This document shows, piece by piece, positions 9,673 through 20,129 of a DNA stretch of 64,000 nt; the stretch's first letter is position 1, and each line of letters opens with the position of its first letter. The stretch spans positions 6,882,001 to 6,946,000 of the forward strand of contig JBHGNT010000010.1 in assembly GCA_043228905.1 (NCBI GenBank), written 5' to 3'. This DNA comes from Azolla caroliniana (lineage: Eukaryota; Plantae; Polypodiophyta). Below the pieces are notes generated by a model. The model was not told the DNA's origin. It did not search any database and saw only the letters and a list, made by a program, of their open reading frames with translations. The translations under genes were made by a program, and so were the position numbers.

Positions 9673-10091
9673 TGTTATTCTCTAGCCGGACAAGGCCTAA
9701 CACAAGGTGTCACGGAGACACTTCACCAAAGGGTGATTACGGCATAGGATTAAGATTCAACGATTACACCGACTTACATAGGTTACACGATTAGAATGCT
9801 TCGGTTAATTACACGCGTAAGATATAACAGTAATTACAGAACGGAAATCAAGACAGAAGTATAAACAACATAAGCTCTATTAATTATCCGCTGTCATTAC
9901 AATGGGGTCCGGGCCTTTAAATAGGTTTCCGGCCCGTAGTACAAAACGGTGCCTCTCGCACCTATTCGGGATCCGTCCGGATCTGGAACGGCATACCGTT
10001 TCCAGTCCGTCCGTCCACACTATGCTCATTTACAACCATATCTAATTAATTCCTTCACTCCGTATTTTGGACTCCTTGCCGGCCGGTAACA
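9673..10091 (-). repeat. 5' LTR of element A
   Basis: Matches 1215-1633; next to the PBS. Confidence 0.97.
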
Positions 10092-10658
10092 CACAGGAGA
10101 GCAAGATGGAGATTCTGCCGGAAGCACACGGGCGTTCCACGGAGCAGAATCAGCCTCCTGAGAACCTGCGCAAAAGAAAGCTATGGAGAACGACAGAGAA
10201 GAAGAGCTCGGTCCCAGTCCGACAGCACTTCGTTCCTCTAGCGCGCGATCCCCTTCTCTCCCCGTCTCCCTCTCTTTTATAGCTCAAGGAGGGAGGCCGT
10301 CTTACCCGTTTACATCACATTAATTCTCTGTCCTTTCGGACAGAGATACTCCTCGATTCTCCCTATAGAATATTGCTACCTAGGATCTGACCTTTGTGCC
10401 TACCTATCTACTGTACAACAAGGGGCGTGCCCACGTGTAAGGGCCGGTTCACACACGCTATACACGGTTTGCGCCTGGGGACGGTTTTCTTCAAGACATC
10501 CGCCCCCACCTAACCGCGCATCCACTGGTATGCGCCAAAATTGGGTTCCTACTGGAGAAAACCGATCCTTGCTCTTATTCCTCGTTTACCGGTTCATCCT
10601 CCGCCTCGGGCTACTCGTCGTTGCTGTCCATGCCCCCTAGCTCCGGCTCCCCGTCATG

Positions 10659-13600
10659 TCATTTCTTGAACGCTTTGATCCTCTTCCCTGCTACCGGTAT
10701 CGCCATTCTCGTACCGTCGAGCTCCGCGAGATGGTACATCCCATTGCCGTTGACGCATGTTACTACGTAAGGCCCGAACCACCTCCTCGCAAACTTCCGC
10801 GTGGCCCTGTGCTGATTGTCGAGGCTGCTGTCGTAGACTAGCACCCAGTCGCCTTCCTCAATCTTCCTTGGCCTGAGCCGGTGTGTTCAGTCGAACCAGG
10901 CTTTGTTCCTTATCCTCGCTACCCGAAGTTTCTCCGCGGCTCGCTCTACGTCCTCCGGCCTCCGCTCAAGCTGTCGAATCCGTGCCACCAATAGTTCCTC
11001 CCGGCTCATCTCATCCCTCCAGTCCACCGTGGCCCACGAGGAGATCGTTCGCTCTGTTGGCATGATCGGCTTCTGTCCGAACATAAGCTCGACCGGCATG
11101 AACCCGGTCACCGACCTGTGCGTAGTCCGGTCCGCCCACAAGGCATAAGGTAGCAGTCGTGGCCAGTTCCCGACCTGGCCTCCGCACTCCCGTACTAACG
11201 CTTTGACAATCGGCCCGTGTCCGCACTCTACCTTCCCGTTCGCCTCCAGATTGTACGATGTGGTGAGCGAAAGTTTGACTCCTAGTCGGTCGAACAGCTC
11301 TTCGGCCTCTTCTGCGTCCAACTCACCACGGTCAGCCATGATCTTCCCTACGCACCCGTATCGGCATACCACGTCCTCAATCAAAAACTAGCATATGGCT
11401 GCAATCGTCTTGTTCTGCAGGGCTCAGCCTTCAACCTGGTTTGTTAGATCCTCCCGAGCCAGCACCAGATACCGCATCTGTCCTACCCCCATTGGCATCG
11501 TCACCAAATCCACCATCCATTTGAAGTGGACGGTCAGAGGGTAGGTCGGGTGAAGCTCGTCCCGGTGTCGGATCATGGAGTGCACCTGGCAGCTTTTGCA
11601 AGTCGTCACGAACCGATGCACGTCCCGGTAAAGTCCCGGCCACTAGTACTTCCCTTTTAGCTTTTCGAACGTGGCCCAAGTTCCACGGTGTCCAGCCCAA
11701 GGACTATCGTGGTACACCGTCAACAAATCCTCATGTTCCTCCTTCTTCGCCACCACTCTGAGCGGGATGCCGTTCCTCTTCTTCGGGTGCTTCCATATGT
11801 ATCCGTCCCGGACAAAGAATCGGTAAGCTTTCTTCCGAATCCGGTTGGCCTCGTCCGTTGTCCATGCCGCGTCCGGTGTCATTGTTTTCAGGAACCCGCC
11901 GACCTGTAGCCACTCCTCGTCGTACTTGCTCTCGTCGAAATCATTAAGCATTAGAGTGCATTCCCTGCCGGTTGTTACGTGAGCCGCCTTGAAGAAGTCC
12001 ACACCGACTTCCTCGTCCTCCGAAACCATGCCGCCTTCGTTTTCGAACCTCGCCCTTGAAAGCATGTCGGCCATGGCATTGTCTTTCCCGGAAATGTGCC
12101 GTATTTCTGGATTCAGTGACTTGATATACGCTATCCACTTGAGCATTGCCAAGTCCGGCGTCGCGCATCCGGAAACCATGCCAAGAATTGGCAGGCAGTC
12201 CGTCTCGATAATTACCTCTGCCCCGATCAGGTAGTCTTTATCGGCCTTTACCGCCGAAACGATACCCCAGAGCTCGCATTTAACCTGGGCGTATCCTCGT
12301 TGTCGCTCACTGAGGACCTTCGCGCCGAACCGGATCGGGAAACGCATGCCGTCCTCGTCCTCTTGGTTGACGACCCATCCGATCCCGGACGGACTCGTGT
12401 CTACCGTTACGTAAATTGGAGTGCTCTTTCCGTAGACAGCCTTTCGGAGTGCCGGAGCCGCGGCAAGTGCTTCCTTCATCTTTCGGACAGACTTCGTATG
12501 CTCGTCTCTCCACTCGAATTTTTGCCCCTTTTTCAACAACCTGTATAACGGCTCCGTGACGTGGGCGTAATGCGGGATCCATATGTGGTAGAACGCGTAT
12601 GCTCCCAAGAACCTCCGAACCTTCGTGACCGAGCTACAGTCGTGCTTCATCGCGGAGATGGCTTCTACCTTAGCCGGAGACGGTTTCCGGCCGTACGACC
12701 CGCATAGGTGTCCGATGACCATGATCTCTGATTGCCCGAAGGCCGATTTTCCCCCGAAGAAGGTGAGCCTCGCACCCTCCAACCTCTGTAGCACCTTCTC
12801 GCAGTCATCAATGTGCGTCGCCACGAATTTCCGGCACCCGTCCGGTCCGATCGTCTCGTCCCTTTCCTCCACCGGGCATCCCTTGATCGGGACGTCGTCC
12901 AGAAATGGCATGGTGATGTCCGGGATACAATCCCTCAGCACCTTGTTCATTGCGTTCACCATGTGAGCCACCGAGTTCGTCCCTCCTTGCGGTAGGGTAC
13001 ACATCCGTACTAGGCCGAGAGGAGTTTGCATTGTCGTGATGTCTCTGCTCTCTATGGCTAGCTGGAACTGATCGTACCCCGAGTAGAGATCACCGTACGA
13101 GTAAATCGACCTTCCGGCGAAGGCCTCCGCGAACTCGTCTATTGTCGGTCCAATTCCTGCGTTTCGAATGGTCAACTTGTTGACCGGTTGCAGGTCTTGA
13201 ATAAAGCACAGCGTGCCGTCCTTCTTCGGCACGGTAAACCACCGATTCGAGTATGGGGCACTTGACGGTTCGAGGATGCCCATCTCGACCTTCTGCTTTA
13301 ATAGCTCCATCAGCTTCGGGATGTGAGTTCTGGGTACTGGAATCGGTTTGAGACTCCACGGCACATGCGGTACCGTGAATATCACCATCGGTTCCACGAC
13401 TGTCGGGTCTACGCACCCGATCTCATCCGGTGAGAATGTGAAAGCCTTCCCGTGCTTTCCGAGCATTCCCCGAAAACAGTCCTCTTCCGCCAGCAGTAGG
13501 AAGCCGCCCCCACCGATTTTGAGCTCGCGCAACGTTATGTCGGTGAACGTGTGTCCTATGCGGGCCGGATTTCGTAAACTCGGGTCCGATGCAACCCCCT

Positions 13601-14069
13601 TTATTCACAACTCGTTGCTCTCCAGCAAGGGAGCCGTGACTGGCCTCACCTTACAGTCCACAGTCTTGTACCTCGTGTCCACCCGGGCCGTCCGATCCGA
13701 CTCGAGCCCTCTTCTGAAGTCCGCGATGACTTCGTACATCCTTTCCGAACATACCGGAATCGTCCGGTCCTCTTTAAGGACTCCTCCAACTACCTCTCGC
13801 AGCTCCCCCAAGGTATCGTCGAAAGAGACCACCTCCACGGCTCCATTGATTTCTTCTCCAAGGCTGAGGACACCACATGCCCGAAGTCACTCCTCCGCCC
13901 TTTTCTTCTTCCAGCCAACAACGTCGACTATCGTACACCCTCCGTTGTCGGAGAACCAAAATTTCCTACTTATAGTACAGGTCTCCTTCGCTATCATACA
14001 CTTGTGGGGTTTTCCCGGAGTGTCCGGACTATCGCGGCCCCATGCCTTGATAGCCCTCTTCAAAAATCC
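10659..14069 (-). pseudogene. pol (RT-RNase H-integrase) of element B with in-frame stops
   Basis: YGDLYSGY, TLPQGGTNSVAH, PFLDDVPIKG, VTVDTS, HDSPWAGH...CKSC, MVDLV, ADRGE, WFGPY. Broken into ORFs 13605-13838, 11643-13532, 11424-11621, 10887-11384 and 10659-10844. Confidence 0.92.
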
Positions 14070-16186
14070 TCCCGTCTTTCGCCCGCGAGGATCTCGCGGT
14101 TCCTCTCATGGTTCGGTCTCATCGTCAGGAACTGGACCGAGTGACGCCCATCCTGGCTCTTGACCCTCGCATAGGCCGAGCCGTTGTCCAGCACCTTGGT
14201 CTCCATTCGTGCTGCCGTGATGTACGGTTCTCCGAGTATAACCGGATGTGAGGACGTCTCCTGCACGAAGAAGTGTTGGTCAATCTCGACATCGCCGATC
14301 TTTACTCGTACATTTGGGCAGACTCCATGCAGTTCTTCGGTGGCACGCGTCGCCGCCCATATTTTCCACCCGTGCTTGGTGTTGATCGGCCATTTCCCCT
14401 TCTTATAGAAGTCCATGGACATCAAATTGATTTCTGAACCGTGGTCCACCAACGCCACCACCAGTTCATGAACATCTCCGATCTTCACGGGGGTCTCCGT
14501 GGTCGTTCTAGCCTAGTGCGGCCTCGAATAGTGGCTCTCCGCCAACTCGTCTTCCAGCACCATGTCCTCTACGTGCGTCGTTCGCACCTCCACCGGCTTC
14601 TCCGGTTCTGTCTCCGTCGACATCCTCTTCCTCTTCACCAAGTCTATGATGGAGTCGTGGAACTCCTTCTTGGCGATCCCGAGCACTTCCCTCAGCGATA
14701 GTTCCACCTTGCTGTCGAGGATTCGTTCTTCCAGGACCTTTCGCAGGTCCGTGGATCTTTCGATTTCTGTGCCCAGGCGGTACCCGCCCCTCTTAGGATT
14801 ATCCTGGGCGCCAGTTACATCAACCTCATTCCGCCTTTGCCCGGATCGAGTTTCATATCGTTGCGAGGGCCCAGCCCCTCCGGTTTTCCCTACCTGCTTG
14901 TCCTCCACCAGAGCCTCGTAATTTTGACAAGCGGCTTCGACGAAGCCCGTCTTTTCTTCCACCGGGTCACTCCACCCGGTTACCTCCCGGACCCGTTTTT
15001 CCGCGCGGTCCGCCTCTTCTTTCCTTAGTCGTGCGCCGGCGAGGCCTTCTAGCATCGTTGGCCAGAAACCGGCTTTGTTCGTCTTAGGGGCCTCGCCACC
15101 TCCGACCCGAATACCAGCTGACTCCGAGTAGTGGACGGTCTTCGCGTGATGAGCCGCCGCCTCCTCCATCAGCCTTTTCATACCTCCTCGCCCGACGTTC
15201 AGGTCCAGGGCCCTTCGGGTCTCGCTGGCGTGCACCCGACCGTTCCACAAGTACACCACGTTGCTTCTCATCGCCTCGGCGAAGTCCCCGCAATCCTTCC
15301 GGATGTGGCCAACCGCGTCACACCACATGCACCTATTTCCAGCCAGAGGTCGTCGGTCACGGCCCTGTTCACTACCGTCCCTCCGTGCCTGGGCGATCTG
15401 GGGATCCTTTACCTTCCACGTCAGTTCCTCCAGAGCTGCTCCCCCGGACGAGCCCTTGACCATGTTGGTCGAAGCCGATCCGGTCTCGAGCCAATCCCGG
15501 GTCTCTTCCCTTCGCGTTGGTGGTGTTGGCTCGAGCTTCCTCGCTGTGACAGAGCCCGCCCCTGTCGATCCTTTGTCAACCCATTCCCGCCGTTTGTCGA
15601 AACGGCCACAGACCCTTTTCACCACGGCCCAGTCGGCCGTCAGCCCGTCATCAGTCTCCAATAGGAGGCCTACCTGCTCCCGATCCCGCTCATCAACTGA
15701 CTTAACAAACAATAGGACACGGCTTGTGTCCAGAACGGTCCGGTCAAGCACCGAGAGGCGTGCGAAGCGTCCCTCAAACTCCAGGAGGAGCACCGACGTG
15801 TTCCTTCCTTTGTCAGGGGTCTCCACCCACTCCATGAAGTCCCGCTTCAAAAATCGAAGCGCATCTTCAAGCCCGTATTTTTCGAGGAGCTGACCTTCGA
15901 ACTCCTCCCAGGTTTGGCTCTCGGCCCGTACCTCGAGCACCTCCGTATGGATGCCCGGCATCGCCACTCGAGGGAATCCGGCTAGACGCCTCTCTTCCGG
16001 AATGTCCCTCATTACCATCTCAGCCCGATAGGACGCCAAGTAGCTCGTGGCATCCTTCCCACTAAACCGGCCGATCCTACCGACAACCGCCTCGATAGCC
16101 CTATCAAGGGCGCCGATGCCTTTGCGTGCACTCATTATACGGTCCACAGCCGAAGCCATGGCTTCTGCGAGGTCCGACCCCCTCAT
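14060..16186 (-). pseudogene. gag-protease ORF of element B (one internal stop at 14513)
   Basis: CMWCDAVGHIRKDC knuckle; ALVDHGSEIN and ILGEPY protease motifs in the same frame as gag. Confidence 0.88.
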
Positions 16187-16207
16187 CTTCTACTCCTCTG
16201 CCGCATG

Positions 16208-16225
16208 TTCATGTCGAGTTCACCA
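16208..16225 (-). promoter_or_regulatory. Primer-binding site of B (probably tRNA-Trp)
   Basis: TGGTGAACTCGACATGAA differs by two transitions from the complement of the plant tRNA-Trp 3' end as I recall it (TGGTGAACCCGACGTGAA). Confidence 0.7.
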
Positions 16226-16229
16226 AATA

Positions 16230-16897
16230 TGTCGCGTTGTTACGTGCGTGCGTGGAGAACAAGGCGGGACCACTGGGGTCTTCGACCGAGGAATAGGTGA
16301 GGAAAGAGAGAGAGAGATGCTCACTCACGTATAGACAAAGAAGTGCACGGGGACGCGGCACAACAACACAGGAGACACGAGTTGAGCACACTAGAGTGTG
16401 TATGTAAATATAGGCATGTATTTGTATGTATGCAGACGACTCGAACGGTTACAGCCGATCAGGTCGGCGAGGTGGATGCCGACGCCTGATCACCCACGCA
16501 CACAGGAGAGCAAGATGGAGATTCTGCCGGAAGCACACGGGCGTTCCACGGAGCAGAATCAGCCTCCTGAGAACCTGCGCAAAAGAAAGCTATGGAGAAC
16601 GACAGAGAAGAAGAGCTCGGTCCCAGTCCGACAGCACTTCGTTCCTTCTAGCGCGCGATCCCCTTCTCTCCCCGTCTCCCTCTCTTTTATAGCTCAAGGA
16701 GGGAGGCCGTCTTACCCGTTTACATCACATTAATTCTCTGTCCTTTCGGACAGAGATACTCCCTATAGAATATTGCTACCTAGGATCTGACCTTTGTGCC
16801 TACCTATCTACTGTACAACAAGGGGCGTGCCCACGTGTAAGGGCGGTTCACACACGCTATACACGGTTTGTGCCTGGGGACGGTTTTCTTCACGACA
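16230..16897 (-). repeat. 5' LTR of element B (668 bp)
   Basis: TGTCG...CGACA termini; contains the empty site of A (CACAG at 16501-16505). Confidence 0.93.
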
Positions 16898-17016
16898 ACG
16901 TTTGGAAACGAACACGTTTGAAACGGCAAAAAATGTGTGTCCCTTTTTTTCCCCCTTTTTTGTATTTTTTTTTTAAAGTGACGTTTCTCTGTTTCTCTGT
17001 CTCGCTCCCTCTCCCC

Positions 17017-17058
<42 letters not shown>

Positions 17059-17228
17059 GACTTTGTTGCAGGCCTTGCCCCAACATCTTCATTGCATCAG
17101 CTACAGCATACAACTTGCCCAAATATTCCAAAATTGTATGTAAAACAGACTTGCTTCTGTCTTCATCAGTAAGTCCTCAATTCTCTGTAGCTTTGGCTCT
17201 ACAATTTTTGTGGAATTTAGGTTATCAA

Positions 17229-17787
17229 ATGGATAGACAAAAGGGTGAAGAATGGAATCATGTCCCGATTCTTAAGAAGCATCCCAAAGGTATGCATGTG
17301 ATGCAATGCAGATATTGCAGCCATACTTATGTTGGTGGTCCACAACGGATTAGAGTCCACTTATTGGATTGAGAGGACAAGGCGTGGAGAAATGTAAACA
17401 TGCAAGTAATGATGTAAAACAGCAAGTCAAGAGATTAATGGGGATTGCAAGTGAGGAAGTTGTTTCAAATGTCGATGCACCTATTCGAAATGAAAATCAA
17501 AGTATTGATTCTGCATTGATTTCTGAAAATGAAATGCATAATGTATCTCAACCTCAATCATGTATAATGTATCTCAAAATGAAATTACAATGGAAATGGT
17601 TGATAAAGAGGACGATGCTAAAAGGTTATTGAACTTGCAAAAAGAGCAAGAAATTTTACATACTGAAAATTCAAATGATATCCTCAATAGTATGCAAGAT
17701 GAGGATATTGAAGACAGTTATGATGTTGTTGGTAGTAATAAGGCACATTCTAGTGAGAATCCTCAAACAAATTACTACATCAATTGA
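17229..17787 (+). pseudogene. hAT transposase remnant (BED zinc finger plus acidic C-terminal tail; catalytic core missing)
   Basis: EEWNHV...QCRYCSHTYVGGPQRIRVHLL/RGQGVEKC is a plant hAT BED finger; frameshifted, no DDE core. Confidence 0.8.
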
Positions 17788-18039
17788 ACTAGTAGAATTT
17801 TTTGCTAGTGTCATATTTTCTTCATATTCTCGAATATAAGCTTTATGAGTTTTTGAATGTTTGATGATAGTTTATAATGACATAGTCCACTTGTTGGGAT
17901 TGAGAGTGAATCAATATATAATATAGACCATATTCAATGCAATCAAACATGTCAATCCAATCCAACTTTGAGATTATTTACCATACACATATGATTGAAT
18001 CATTCGCGAATGCGAATGCACGTATGATACGTATGGTTC

Positions 18040-19101
18040 ATTCTATGCTTGACATATTACCCAAGAGGCATTATACATTGCTCATCGCGGACATACCATA
18101 TCGATTTCGAATAACAAGGTCCACATACGATGATGTGCCATATAAATATCCGCAAATAGAAAAGATGGTGAAAGACTTTGCAGAGCTGACCCTGGCTCCA
18201 TTATGGCGAATAGTAATATTTCTTAGTATGGGTCTAGCTTTATTGGTCATTATTGCACTAAAGTTGAGATCTCATGCCACCGAACACATGCATTGGTAAG
18301 GTTTAAGTTGTTATATATTTAATACATGGCTTCTATTGCACTTACTATATAGATATTGACTTATTTCCATTCCATTACAAATAAGGTTAAGACGAATATA
18401 ACTCGTAACCCAGGCGATCGAATGGTGAGTGTTGTGGAGCATTTGTGTGTGGGGTACTACGATGCAATTTCTAAGAAGAAGGCTCGAGCACATGTGAATG
18501 AGCGAAACGTCGTAAATTATACCATGTGCCCAGCAGTAACGAAGAAGTTGTGCTACGTTTCTAGCAACAAGTGTCTAGTAAACCCATATCAAAAGCCCCA
18601 ACGATTAATTAATCGATTGATCGAGTTGTTCTCCAATCCTGATGATTGGGTGCTCAACTTTTTCTCTAGAACAGGTATTCTCATAAGTGTGATTAATTTA
18701 TCTTAAAATAAAATAAAATTTCTCGTCTTTGTTTTCTTACTTACGAATGTATGATTGTTTATTCAAGAACGACTACATGTGCTCTCAAATTGTTCAGGAA
18801 CTGCGTCGCCTTGGAGAACGACCCCTCCCAAGTTAATTTTATTAAAATGAGGATCCAAGGTATCTAGGATTGTCCCGACCAAGACGAGGAGGTTGGGGCA
18901 AAGCATATCAATGAAACGGAGATGTTTCAGTTGACATCTAGAGAACCAATGGAACCTATAGCTGAAAAAGGAGGGGACCTTGTCAACCTCGAAGATGTAC
19001 CAGAGTCTGAACAAACACAAGATTCAGCTGAGCAGACGGAACAAGTGGATTCACACAACTACCAGCTGATCTTGGAGAGCAGCCTCTTCCAAACCTCGTA
19101 A
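18040..19101 (+). pseudogene. Degenerate beta-class amino (N4-cytosine/N6-adenine) DNA methyltransferase, three exons visible
   Basis: LLIADIPY (18090-18101, DPPY-like motif IV), W/VK, VE, NPYQKP (18581-18598), LIELFSNPDDWVLNFFSRTG/TT (decayed VLDxFxGTGTT motif I), RNCVALEND. Introns about 18296-18384 and 18675-18766, GT donors. Confidence 0.85.
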
Positions 19102-20129
19102 TGGAGTGAATTGTATAATACTTTGTTTTTGTAACTGAAATATTGTTTTGAAATATAAGAACTTTTCGTTTAAGTATAATTTCTTTAATCTATCCTATTG
19201 GTGTCTCGAACTTTATGTGGCTATCATATGTTTACAAAGGTTGACTTGTAAAGTATGTGGTTAAGTATAATTTCCATTGAATAGATGATTTTAACTTATC
19301 AATTGTATAACAAATGTTGGTTATAATTGTTTCTCGATTAATATAATTGAATTTAGTGTTTATTCTATGATTTATATTGTCTTTAATCTTGATAAACTAG
19401 TTTCGAGTAAACACAATAATATTAAATCAACGTCATTGCTCATATGATAATGCATTCACGTTGTTCATGTATGACTGGCATATAATGTTCATAGTTTAGT
19501 TTTAGCATGCGTGGTATATCGTGAGATATTCGTTTGTGAAAGTTTTTCTAATTATATCCAAAAATCCTATTTACAAACTTGACATAACAATCTTTATAAG
19601 ATTTAGAGACAAATATAGTAACAAAATAGCATTTCTAAATATGTTAAGTTGGATTCGAATTTAACATTATGTACAATGAAGCAATTATAGTTGGATGCAT
19701 TCCCATCATCTTATCTAAGATTCAAATAAATTTGAATATGAATTTTCCAAATATCGGTTAAGTTTTTAATCTTCAAAATATTAACTACATTTTTTAGTGA
19801 TGTTTTTAAAAATCATGTGTGCATGCATGATAGGTTCTTGAAAGTTTGTTCCAAAAAGGTAATTTTTGACATATCACGTATTTCTCAATAAGGAAATGCG
19901 ACATATTACCTGTTTCAAATGACCCGGTGTTTTATAATGATTTGCCTAGATGTATTTATAATAATACATACTATGGTCTATTTACAAATATGGCATGTCT
20001 TAGGCGTATCAAAACATATTTACAGATATGTCCTCTTTCGGATACATCTCTGGATCCGACCAGATGGCTTGAAGTATCAAGGAGTATCAAGGACTATGGT
20101 TGCTTGAACCAATGCAAGACCTAGGATTA

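Larger units (their letters stand above)
1215..10091 (-). mobile_element. Young non-chromoviral Ty3/gypsy LTR retrotransposon A
   Basis: 419-bp LTRs (TGTTA...TAACA) that look identical; 5-bp TSD CACAG (1210-1214 / 10092-10096); uninterrupted 1950-aa gag-pol; extra ORF2. Confidence 0.97.
1122..16897 (-). mobile_element. Ty3/gypsy LTR retrotransposon B, decayed; 3' LTR interrupted by element A and truncated
   Basis: 5' LTR 16230-16897 (TGTCG...CGACA). 3' LTR pieces 1122-1214 and 10092-10498 match it with about 8 differences. PPT 10499-10512, PBS 16208-16225, gag-PR-RT-RH-INT order on the minus strand. Confidence 0.93.
16898..20098 (+). mobile_element. Internally deleted hAT-like DNA transposon carrying a methyltransferase remnant; left tip not visible (B inserted there)
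   Basis: BED-finger transposase remnant. Subterminal CGTTTGAAACGG (16915-16926) is mirrored by a decayed inverted copy CTGTTTCAAATG (19910-19921). GTATC/GATAC repeats end in GGACTATG at 20098 (CATAGT-type TIR). Confidence 0.7.

Noticed and set aside
13348-14163. 271-aa plus-strand ORF and other antisense ORFs over the retroelements
   Set aside because: Shadow frames of GC-rich coding sequence with no recognisable motifs.
17881-17888. CATAGTCC as a left TIR pairing with GGACTATG (20091-20098), making the methyltransferase a separate mini-element
   Set aside because: Only 8 bp match, flanks differ (TATAATGA vs GTTGCTTG) and no matching subterminal repeats; unsupported, though worth rechecking in paralogs.
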